A DNA stretch of 63,233 nucleotides, counting the filler, from Octopus bimaculoides (taxonomy: Eukaryota), in the NCBI RefSeq assembly GCF_001194135.2. It is 5 parts of 5 records of this genome, joined end to end, with 100 filler letters (N's around TTAATTAATTAA, not from the genome) between each part and the next. Parts side by side here need not be neighbours in the genome. Positions count along the whole stretch, not along the records: positions 15,425 to 30,582 come from NC_068983.1; positions 30,683 to 53,197 come from NC_068982.1; 3 more parts are not named here. One strand, 5' to 3'. The notes below the pieces were generated by a model. The model had not been told where the DNA came from. It worked only from the letters and a program-made list of their open reading frames with translations, and did not search any database. The position numbers and the translations under genes were made by a program. Positions 23,285-34,946 of this stretch are shown here, piece by piece; within the stretch, counting starts at the first letter, position 1, and every line of letters starts with the position of its first letter.

Positions 23285-23764
23285 AGCTGGCAATTTCAGG
23301 CACTGGGTGAATAAGATGGTACTCTATTGGTGATAGTCCATGTGATGCTGAGTATTTCATTCTGGAGGTTACAGAGCCTCCAGAGGAAGCAAGACAAAGA
23401 AGTGAAATTCTCTCTATCCCTGCTTCTGTGCAAGTCCATGTGCTGTGTGTATTTTCCCTTGAAATTATTGGCTGCCATGCCCATGTAGTACCTTGTGATA
23501 TCAGATGGCTCAGCAGACCACAACCCTTGAGCAACAGGATCTTCCTAGATGGCAACTGGTAGGATTTAGGCAGATGTAGATTGGGGTTGGGAGTTGTTCA
23601 GGTGCATGTTTGTGTCTGTTGTAGTGTGCATTAGTGGATGTTATGTTGTCTTGGCAGGAATAGCTCACTTTGATGCCATGTAGGTTAAAGAGCTTGTTGT
23701 ACTTGTGGCTTCTAGGGAAATACTTCTTAATCAATGACAGGAAGCTTCTAGCTACATTAGTGGA
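23285..23764 (-). mobile_element. Penelope-like element 3' part (Naiad-like linker plus GIY-YIG), degenerate
   Basis: TNVARSFLSLIKKYFP...KLFN...KVSYSC; C-rich linker; YYMGMAANNFKGKYTQH...TSLS...W...ITWTI. Confidence 0.8.
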
Positions 23765-23915
23765 NNNNNNNNNNNNNNNNNNNNNNNNNNNNNNNNNNNN
23801 NNNNNNNNNNNNNNNNNNNNNNNNNNNNNNNNNNNNNNNNNNNNNNNNNNNNNNNNNNNNNNNNNNNNNNNNNNNNNNNNNNNNNNNNNNNNNNNNNNNN
23901 NNNNNNNNNNNNNNN

Positions 23916-23966
<51 letters not shown>

Positions 23967-24648
23967 CATATGTATATATATAGTGATGAGTAGATAGGGA
24001 TAAATTATCCAGGTAGGTACCATAAGAGCGCTCAGTTATAATTGGGGTTCAAGCTAACCACATTGAGTTGTAAAGAGTACTTAGGATTACTTAGGGCAAG
24101 CAACACCACTGTAATTTTGCAATGGGTAAATCTTGGGTTCACTTCACTGTATTGTGAATATTTTACTGAGTGTATATCTAAGACAATTACAATGAATATG
24201 AAGATTAGAACATCTCTATATTTTTTTTATTTCCTTCAGGGTCTGTCTACAGATATGGTACAAAGTGAACTGATTATATATATATGCTTGGCTGACACTA
24301 TTTTGCTAAGTTTCTTTTGGAAACTACAGTAACCTAGCAAAATAACATTAGTCAAGTATAGATACACTCAGTTTGCTTCAGATCACATCTGTGGATAAAC
24401 CTTGGATAAAGTTGCACAGACTGCTAACCAGTCAAAAATAGCTTTCTATGCAGCAGAAATGTGCACTGAACAAATTTGAACCAAATATGCTGTATAATTT
24501 ACTGTAAAAATAAAAATTTGCAGATGTACTAATCTTTATATTCATTGTAATTGTCATATATATGTTGCATGTAAACATACACCAATACATTGCATAAATA
24601 CAAGTAACTCAAGTATGAGAAACTTGTCTCATTATTAGTGATTGGCTA

Positions 24649-24845
24649 AGGTGGTAAGCTGGCAGAATTGTTAGCATACCAGGCAAAATGTTTAGAGGTG
24701 TTCTGAGTTCAAATTCCGTCAAGGCTAATTTTGCCTTTCATCCTTTCAAGGTCGATAAAATAAGTGCTTGTGAAGCACTGGGGTTGATGTAATTAACTTA
24801 CCCCTGCCCTGAAATCGTTGGCCTTGTGCCTAAATTTGAAACCCT
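24649..24845 (+). mobile_element. Short tRNA-headed SINE (family 3)
   Basis: AAGGTGGTAAGCTGGCAGAATTGTTAGC head, GAGTTCAAATTCC B box, body shared with 6890-6980 and 38780-38910. Confidence 0.85.
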
Positions 24846-24984
24846 TATTAGTGGTTGGCTCTCATTCTGTTGTAAAGGAAAGATTTAACCATTATAGAGT
24901 CTCATGTTCACAATTTTCTCATTTATAAGTTATTGAAATTGCATTGATATCTTTAAAGTGAGTTATACAAATTTTCATACATAC

Positions 24985-25234
24985 TTTATACCAAATTCTT
25001 GATGTTGTAAATCTGGTACATTCATTTGTTCATTATATGCCACATTATAATATGGTGTAACTGTAGAAGAAGGCTCTGATAAATATTTTCCATGTGGTGT
25101 TAATCTTGAATATTCATTTCTTTGTGATAATTCAAGCTCTCTACCAGTCATATAGACTGGATTTTCTAAAATGCTGCTGGAGGAATACATCAGTGAAGTT
25201 TCTTGTAATAGTTTTCAAGATGACGTTCATATAC
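24985..25234 (-). CDS. Candidate first coding exon of an unidentified host gene (ATG at 25190)
   Basis: Acceptor atttcag|G at 25234, in-frame upstream stop, open frame MYSSSSILENPVY...QHQEF, donors G|gtataa (24992) or AA|gtatgt (24985). Confidence 0.35.
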
Positions 25235-25649
25235 CTGAAATATGAGCCATAAAAAAATTTACAAAAGTTGTCAAATTATCTATTTCAAGTGTTAGCTACT
25301 CATTATCATGACTTGTTATTAACATTCATGTACACTTTTTAGCATGATTTCTTGTTTTAAACAAAAATAAGGGGCCAATGGAATAACACAAAAGTATTCT
25401 TTCTTATTTTTTTTTATGTACAAGTGTGTAGCTATACATTTTAGAGTGAAAAGAGCATAAATGCATCTATGGAACTTCAGTCATGCTGCTTTAGCATAGC
25501 TGAGCAGATCTACTTGAGTAATGCATATTGCCAATCATTTCAGTTTTTTGTTAACTCCTCTACAAGGCTTGGCATTGTGAGATCAGCCTTCACAATCTCA
25601 TCCTTGCATCTTCATGGATCTCCCTCTTCTACAGAAATGATTGACCCTT

Positions 25650-26070
25650 CTTTATTCCACTACCTTCACTCATATGCATAAAACACAAAACCCTTCAGGT
25701 AGATGGCCCTTCTCAGTATGCAGTAAAGGAGTAGGTAGTAACTCTATAAGATGTACCCGGTGCAAGCTATGGACACATAAGAGGTGCAGCAATATCAAAG
25801 GCAGATTAACTACAAAGTTAGTTTTTGTATGTGGCAGATGTTCAGGTGCAATAAACACTGTAAACAAACAGGAAACAACTTCTATCTCATTCCAGGGAGA
25901 AAAACTAGAGGTAGTTGATAGCTTCCGCTATCTGGGTGACCAAGTTAGTAGTGGGAGTGAGTGCGCTGAAAGTGTAACTGCTAGAATTAGAATAGCCTGG
26001 GCCAAGTTTAGAGAGCTCTTACCTCTGCTGGCGACAAAGGGACTCTCACTCAGAGTAAAAGGCAGACTTC
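25650..26070 (+). mobile_element. RTE LINE fragment with a PHD-type zinc finger before the RT thumb region
   Basis: WPFSVC-x10-CTRC-x4-H-x2-C-x14-CGRC, then LEVVDSFRYLGD...RIRIAWAKFRELLPLL. Confidence 0.9.
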
Positions 26071-26569
26071 ATCAAAACACTACCGTTCTCTCACTTGCAC
26101 AATACATCTGATTTTTCATATGCTCAATTTTTCTCCCAACAGTTTTGAACTTTGTCATTCAAGCACACTAAAGTATATACTGGATTACAATCAGAAATGC
26201 ACATCCATTCTTCTTTTCTTTTTAGTCTTTGCGGGTCCTCAGTATTTAGGGCCACAGCTGCTCTTCTGTTCACCTTCTTAGACATGTGACCTTAAGGGTA
26301 TATTTTGACACCTCATCACCATCATATTTTCCACTTCCTGTGGCAGCTGCTCCAGCACCATCACCCTTACCCATGTAAAATGTGAAGTGACCATTAATCT
26401 CCTTCCCAACAAACCTGTCCCTACTTCAATCATACATTAATTGCTCAACACTTCTCACTTAGCAACCAGTTTATTTTCTATTCTTTGTCTCAGTTAAAGA
26501 GGGCTTTAGTCTTGTGAATTACAAGGTAACCTCACAAGAGTTGGCATTGCTAAAGAAGAACTCAATACC

Positions 26570-26780
26570 TCCCTATAAAGTGATTGGTGTTAGGAAGGGC
26601 ACCTAACCATAGAAACTATGCCAACACTAAGATACTAGAAAAAGACTTAGTCCTCTGATCTGTCAGATCTTGTCTAAATTGTCCAATTCATGCCAGCATG
26701 GAAAGTAGACATAAAGATGAAGATGATGATGATGATGATGGTGATGATGAAGATAATAATGGTGATGATGATGATTATAT
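26570..26780 (+). mobile_element. Retroposon 3' end with (GAT)n tail
   Basis: Similar to 15425-15676. Confidence 0.7.
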
Positions 26781-27965
26781 GTACACAAGTATATGAACAT
26801 GGGTGCATATTTGTTTTTAATGATATGTACCTCTTCTGAGATATCTACGATTTCGAATAACAATGAGATAGTAGACATCTGAATAATATCTTTCTGATTT
26901 GACAGAAATATTATTGTTTATGCTTTAGAAAATACCACAGTAAAAAAAGTACTATATGGTGTAAGAATATATATATTTAATCTTGCTTTAAAATTATTTT
27001 AATTTTTTAGATCTTAAAATGTAGATGTGCTTTTTAGGAGTTATAAATTTAAAATGTGAGAGAACATGATTTTGATTTAGTTGGAGATTGATTTAGAGAT
27101 ATACTTTACTGAAAGTGAATTATTTCCAAACAGAAGATAGCAATCAGACTTAAATTTTCTCCCTTAGATAGACAATTGGCAGAACTACTACAGCCTTGTA
27201 CCCATGAAGTTAACTCTGACTTTCATCATTCCAGGTTTGCTAATATAAAGAACCAATCAAAATAGTGGGTCAGTGTATATTCTTATAAAACATCCCAAAT
27301 ATGGATGGAATCATATAAAAAAAAAGAAACTAAAAGTGTGTGAGGCAAATCAGTCAACACGTTGACTGAATTTTACATAAAGTTATTGTTTTATAATCTT
27401 GTTTAGAGTTGCTTCTCTTAGGTACATTCCACTGACAAGAGTCAAAAAACTTGAAACATCGATATCTGGGATTCCTGATAGATAGTGACACTGAACAAAC
27501 CAGGTGTTTTCACACCTTTGAATTTGCCATTTAGCAGTTGAAATATGTCACAAGCATATCTTAACTAACCCAAATTTTGATTTTTATATATGTATATGTA
27601 TATATATATATCTCTGTGCGTGTGTGTATATGTGTGTGTACTGAGTTCTAACACCAGGTTATTAGTATTGCTATGCCTAAGTGAAATGATAAAATATATA
27701 TATGTTTGTTTATTTCTTTTTCAAGATTTTTGATGTGAAAACATGTGTTAAGACAGATATTACTTGAGATGGTCACTGTTTATTTGGTCTTCCCTTTTGA
27801 TTAGTTTCATTTTTATTAATTAAATACAAATAAAAACTATAGTGAAGATCAAATAGTGTGTGTCCAGTTGCCAACAAAAAGGCCATCCTGAAATACAACA
27901 GTATATATATATATATATCATTTCACTTAGGTGTATGTGTATATATATATATATATATACATATG

Positions 27966-30523
27966 CAGTGTACCCCCGCTTATTTGTGATGTGGCGTTCG
28001 CAGTCCCAGTTATTCACAGAACTAATAGTTGTTCGCGGAAACCACCACATATTTGTGGAATCGTAAATATCGTCTGTGATTTTTTATGGCACTTTCCGTG
28101 CCAATATATACTTTTCCACACTTTTTAAGGCTAAACTATTAATAATAAAATACCATATTCACCAGATTGTTGGACACCCCTTTGCAGCTGAAGGTCCCTT
28201 TGATTAGAATAACCACGCATCACATCGCTTGATTTCTTTTTAGACACAAATACACAGTATCTTGTATCTCTTATTCCGGCTTTTAATCAAAGCTTGCTAA
28301 TTAGTATAGCGACTACCAGCACTTTTTAAAAATCATCGCTACATTTGATCATACACAATGTTTATTTCAACAGAATAATTCTTAAAGTCGTGAGCCAATA
28401 TAGGTCCCTCGCTCAATCTCTCTCTCTTATTATTATTATAGTATAGATTACTGTATCTAGCGGTAATACAAACTAAATTTTTCAAAACCATGATTATTTT
28501 TGATCTCCGCTCAACCTCCCATTGGTGGTATGCGCATTTTAGACGTAATGAAAATTTTTTTGTTCTTTTTTGTTTATGGAAAAACTGCATCCAGTAGCTA
28601 TCTCCAATATTTTGTTGAGTGCTGTGTTTTTTGCTGCCTAAATGCCCTACACCTTCTAAGGCTTCTGGCAGTGAACCTAAGCACCAGAAAAAGGTTATGA
28701 TGCTCCATGTGAAGGCACAACTGCTGGATATGTTCAAGGAAGGTAAAAGTTATGCTGCAGTTGATCGCTATTATGTTGTCAACAAAAGCACCATACGCTA
28801 CATAAAGAAGAACGAAGTGGCGACCAGGACTACAGTAGCAGTAAGTTTCTGTGAAAGTGCCAAAAAAATAATGATAGTGAGAAATAAGCACTTCATCAGG
28901 ATGGAATCTTCCTTGGCATTGTGGATCAGTGACTGCAAAAAGAAAAACATCCCCTTGAGTGGTAACATCATCTGCAAGAAAGCATGGAAATTATACTAGC
29001 AGTTCGACAAAGGAGACAGTAGAAGGCACTGAAGAACCACAACCAAGACTATTGACAACACAGGAGTGTGGAGATTTTCAAACAAGCAAGGGATGGTTTG
29101 ACCATTTCCAGAAATAATTTATAATAAAGTGCATTTCTCTGCATGGAGAAACAGCATCAGCTGACAAAAAAGCCGCTGAGAACTACCTTGAGACCTCCAG
29201 GCAGATCATCGAGGACAAGGGATACAAGCCAAAACAGGTCTTCAGTATGGATGGGACTGGCTTGTTCTGGAAGAAGATACCTTCCAGAATGTACATCATG
29301 AAGGACAAAGCCAAAGCCCCAGCACTTAAGGCCGAGAAGGACAGAATGATGCTAATTATGTGTGGCAATGCTGCTGGCTTCATGATGAAATCAGGACTTA
29401 TCTACAAGTCTGCGAAACCCGAGGGTCTTTAAAAATAAGAATAAAAGTCTGCTGCCTGTCCACTGGATGCACAACCTCAAGGCCTGGATTACCAAAAGTC
29501 TAACTTTGATTTGGTTCCACCAATGCTTCATCCCTCAAGCCAAGGAATACCCCCAAAATGTTTGCATGGAATTCAAGGTCTTGCTTGTTATGGATAATGC
29601 TGGTAGTCACTCTTTGGATTTGAATCACAAGGGAGCCCAAGTCAAGTTCCTCCATGCCAACACCATCTCCCTCATCCAGCTTATGGATCAAGGTGTGATC
29701 CATGCCTTCAAGGCACTTTACACTCGATATTCTCTCCAACACCTTGTGATCACAATGGATTCAGATGAGAATTTCAAGTTAATGGAGTACTGGTGTAACT
29801 TTACGATCACAATGTGCCTGTCAGTCATCCATGCTGCTCTTATAGACATGAAAAAAGAAACCCTCATTGCATGCTGGAAGAAGGTGTGGCCAAGACTACA
29901 AGGGCTTCTCACCTGAAGATATTCAGCATGAGGCTGTCAACTATGTGGTGAAACTGGCAAAGGTACTTGGTGGCGAAGTTTTTGATGACATAACACCAGA
30001 TAAGGTCAACGACCTTATCAATGCCCACTCTGAAACTCTGACAGCCGAAGATTTGTAGGAGTTAACGAAATCTGCCAACGAAGAGGAGGAGGAAGTGTCA
30101 GATCCAGAGGAAGAGGAGGATAAGTTGGTCCTGGCAATTGAACATTTGTCTGACCTTTTAAGGAAAGCAAAGGAATTGCAAGGGAAGACAGAAGCATGGG
30201 ATCCCTATATGGCTTGGTCTCTCCAATTCAAAAATGCCATCGATGCTGCCATGTGGACATATAAAACTCTCCTCACCACCATGAAGAAACAACAACAGCG
30301 ACTTCCCATCACAATGTTCCTCAAGCCCATCAAGAAAACCTTGCATGAAGATACGACATCCCCTAAAACACCTGAAGAAGAGGCATCACCTAAAGAGCTT
30401 TAAATTTTCTTTGTTGTGCGGTCATTACCTTCATTATTTTCATCATCATTGACTTAAATCAATATCATTCATTATTGGTGAGTAACAGTACATTTTACAT
30501 TCATTTTATTAAATCATTATTAA

Positions 30524-30525
<2 letters not shown>
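27966..30525 (+). mobile_element. Near full-length Tigger (TIGD1-like) transposon, transposase pseudogenised
   Basis: Left TIR CAGTGTACCCCCGCTTATT; psq-HTH VNKSTIRYIKKNE; CENP-B SKGWF; FSMDGTGLFWKKIP; KVLLVMDNAGSH; LIQLMDQGVI. Several frameshifts and stops; right TIR not seen. Confidence 0.92.
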
Positions 30526-30582
<57 letters not shown>

Positions 30583-30682
30583 NNNNNNNNNNNNNNNNNN
30601 NNNNNNNNNNNNNNNNNNNNNNNNNNTTAATTAATTAANNNNNNNNNNNNNNNNNNNNNNNNNNNNNNNNNNNNNNNNNNNN

Positions 30683-30977
30683 CTACTGGTGATCTTGTCC
30701 CAGTTCTTATCCATTTGGAGGTCCGGACTGAACCAGACCCCGAGCAGTTTAACCGGTCCGCCCGTCCAGCGTCCCACTACGGAGTTACTGTTGGACGGTA
30801 TGGGCTTGCTTCTCCAGGTGCCGAGTAACAAACCCACTGACTTTTCCGGGTTAATTTTTGCTCCTGTTACCATTTCGTATTCTTTAAGTGGCTCGCCTAG
30901 CATCTCGACGTGCTTTTCGCTCGACACTATGACGGTGACATCGTCCGCATATCCAGACACGCTCGTCCCGCAACCCA
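30683..30977 (-). mobile_element. L1/Tx1-clade LINE RT fragment
   Basis: GYADDVTV...VTGAKINPEKS...VKLLGVWF...NWDKI. Confidence 0.88.
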
Positions 30978-30978
30978 G

Positions 30979-31036
<58 letters not shown>

Positions 31037-31105
31037 GTAGGTAGGTAGGTAGATAGATAGATAGATAGCTAGATAGATAGATAGATAGATAGATAGATTG
31101 ATAGA
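30978..31105. repeat. (GATA)n microsatellite
   Basis: Directly visible; similar arrays at 40655-40785, 43270-43330 and 49510-49690. Confidence 0.97.
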
Positions 31106-32116
31106 TATCCGTACGCCGCTTTGTAAGTCGTACAACTGAGGTAAATATAGCAAAGGATATTACAACACTTGAGAGACACTCCCTCGTTTGCTTTTGCTCT
31201 ATTTTGTAGAGACAGAGAGATAGATAGACAGACAGACAGACGGACAGACTCAGACACACATGTTTAGAAAAGTTGAAAGCAAAATTCTCAATGGTATGTG
31301 AAAATTTCATCATTATGTTCTGCTGTTTCTGCAATTAAAATAAAATGAAAACATAAGCTTCTATATAATCAGTACGTAATTAATATACAAAAACTGAATA
31401 ATAAATTAATTAAATGAAAGATATGAATAAACCGATTCCTCGGGAACAAGAACTTTAATTCATTTCTTAATGAAATAGTTTATTCATCTTCTTCATTAAT
31501 TAATTGTGTTTTTTTAATATATTAATTCCATAAGGAAAATACTGATGATGCTTTTATTTTAACAGTGGAGACATTTCAGAATATAATAATACAATTTTAA
31601 ATATTTTTCAAGTATTTGTTTTCTATTGTTCTAAATATTTTCCTCCAAACATTGGATTTAGCCAATTTAACTCTATTCAAATTTATTCCTATGCTGGCAA
31701 TTGCAAAGAAGTAATAATTTAAGGAAATACTCAATAATTAAGCTATTAAATTCGGTAGATATATTTAAATTGTGCAATATATTAAATACACACGCAACTA
31801 CATACGCACTCATCCTATTCATCCATCTTCTCTACCCAAAATTTCTGAAAGGGATATGGGGGTGGAGTCCTGAGGCACCTCTACTATAGGGTCCTACCAG
31901 AAGCAACTACCATCACTTTGCGGCTCGAGTTCCGAATATGACAAAGTGAGACTCTGGATATTGTCTACAAATTTTTTCTTAGGTCTTCAGAGGTCTGTTA
32001 GAAACGCATTTATGTATACATATATTGCTATAGCAACAACACTTATAGAATAAGTAGCGGCACATTTGTAGTATATGTGGTTCAAGGTTGTTGTTGATGA
32101 TGTTTCTGCATTAAAG

Positions 32117-32217
<101 letters not shown>

Positions 32218-33547
32218 AAATTCTCCCATTTCGAAGGTAAAAGTTTGCATAATAGATATAGATTAGAACAAAAAAAAACGCTTTTATTATCAAGAATATT
32301 GTTCAATATCGTCATTTTTTTACTATTCTGTTTTTTTTTCTTTCTCTGTTTCTCTTAAATTTTCTCACAGAAGAGGTCTAGAGGCCTGCGGTGCATAATG
32401 TGATATATAGCAAAATATAAAAGAAAATGATCTATCAAAAAGCACCCACTGTTCAATTTGGGGAATGCTTTTTATACATATCACCACTTAACAATCAATC
32501 GCTAACAGAAACACTCTCGCTCTGGCTCACAGGTGTACTGTTTTCTCTCTGCATCTTTCTTATCACTATTAATGTCAGTCTTTGACATCTGTTTCTCGGA
32601 GCTGTCTGGTCCTGTACCTCATACCAACCACTATACTTGTTAGTTTCCCTTAGAAAATTAGACGTGAGTAATACTCATTTTTTTACATACTAGCTTGATT
32701 ATTAAACTAATGGTTCTTGAGCAATGTTTCTCATGGTTATAATTTAAGCAGAATAAATCTATATGTATATCAGCCAACATTGACTGCGTAAGTTTTTCCT
32801 AATTGTATCCGCCAACCAGCCGTGTGTAAGTACTTCTTCTCCTTATATAATATCTCTTCTTTTTCAAACCCATAGTGAAAACAAATTTTAATGAATAATT
32901 AATATCGGGAAGAATAAGTGAAAATTTGAACAAACGTTATTGAACCAGAATGACTATACAGACGGCGTTTACCTCATAGTTTATTTAAAATTAATGTTTA
33001 TTTAAATTTGAATTTATTACAGTTCAAGCAAAGAATATATATAAATGATAATTAATAGATTTAGCAAGTCATATTGTAATTAACCAAAGCAGGCAAGAGA
33101 AATAAAGAGAGGTTCCTACGAGTAGATTTCAGATACTCAGATCAAGGAAAGATTAATCAATTTAAATGTAAATCTAACTTATATTTTTGATGGTTATGAA
33201 AGGAATAATAAGAATAAATATCTATAGATTCAAAACTTATATCTAGGAGGGTTGACAAGAAATATAGATTTGTTAAATGTTAACGTCGTTATATTACAAG
33301 TCTATATAAGTTTATTCCTATTAATTTTATCTTTTATTTTTACTTGTTTCAGAAATTAGACAGCGGCCTTGCAGGAGCACAATCTTGAAAAATGTCTAGT
33401 CGAATGAATGGACCCCAGTAATTAATTTTTAAGTCAAATTCTATTCTATATTTCTCTTTTTCTAAAAGGCTAAGATAAGTGGGGTGGGAAAATGCGCTAA
33501 CACCGGTTAATAAGCGTTAGTGGAGTCCAAACACATTCACAACCACA

Positions 33548-33770
<223 letters not shown>

Positions 33771-34159
33771 GTTTAGAAAATTCAGAAACCAATTTCCATC
33801 TTTTCACTGTTTCCAAATTAGATGGACGCATCACGTGTTGACAGTATATTCTCACAGAAGAAAGTTTGTAAACACACACACACATACACACAAATTTTGC
33901 TTATTCACATGTTCTGTGTATGAGAGTAATGCGTCTCTTTTCATTGCAAAATGGTTTGGTACTCATTTGGTTGTGCTTGACAACCAGGGTTAATTCTTTA
34001 TGTCCCCGAAACTTAGCGGTTCGACAAAATTACATGCATTCTTCGTTGCTTAGTTGAATCGTTTTTCTAATCAAGGCAAATAAAAAAATAACACCAAATT
34101 TTGTGTTATATACAATTCTACAGTAAAATTCATAGCACGCATATTTATGTAAACACGTA

Positions 34160-34335
34160 GTGAAGGCGCGTGGCTTAGTGGTTAGGGCATTCGGCTCACG
34201 CTGAATCTCCCTGAGAACTACGTTAGGGGCACACGTGTCTGTGGATTGCTCAGTCACATGCACGTTAATTTCATGAGCAAGCTGTTCCGTTGATCGTATC
34301 AGCTGGGAACCTCGTCGTCGTAACCGACGGAGTTC
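34160..34335 (+). mobile_element. SINE family 2 with an internal deletion of about 200 nt
   Basis: Head joined directly to the 3' body at TCACG (34196-34200); compare 17723-18112. Confidence 0.85.
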
Positions 34336-34569
34336 TCCTTATATAAACACGTAAATAGAATTTATTCTAAACAGAAATTCATACAGCTAAACGGTCGTAA
34401 TATTAAGGAAAACCAGTAAATGAATAAATACGTTCACCTGTTATACACCCTGACATTTTTTGGTATATTTACACCTCATGAAATAATGGTTTCAATCGTA
34501 TCTTCTGGATTTCAGCGGAATGAACATTATGCATTATACTCCGCTCTATTCGACTATTCCTTCATTCCT

Positions 34570-34946
34570 TTTATTCTTTTACTCGCTTCAGTCATTTATC
34601 TGCGGTCATGCTGCGGCACTGCCTTTAGACGAACAAACAGACCCGGGGAATTATTTTTTTTTGTAAGCCTAGTACTTATTCTATGAGTCTCTAATGCCGA
34701 ACCGCTAAGTTACAAGCATATAAACACACCAACATCGGTTTTCAAGCGACGTTTGGTGGTGGAGGACATCCACAGACACACAAACATATACTTATTTATA
34801 TTCGATGGGATTCTTTCACTTTCCATCTACCAAACCCACTCAAAGCTTTAGTAGAAGACACTTTCCCAAGGTGTCACGCAGCGGACTGAACCCAGACACA
34901 AATGGTTGCGAAGTAAGTTCTTTACCACACAGCCACACATGCGCCT
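34570..34946 (-). mobile_element. SINE family 1, full length and diverged
   Basis: Head and tail match 11508-11905. Confidence 0.88.

Noticed and set aside
23296-23515. In-frame TGA codons as selenocysteine in the Naiad-like element
   Set aside because: They fall at non-Cys positions, fit CGA-to-TGA decay, and the copy is also frameshifted.
26663-26878. Poly-His ORF (also poly-V/L/T/N at 31987-32293)
   Set aside because: Translated trinucleotide microsatellites.
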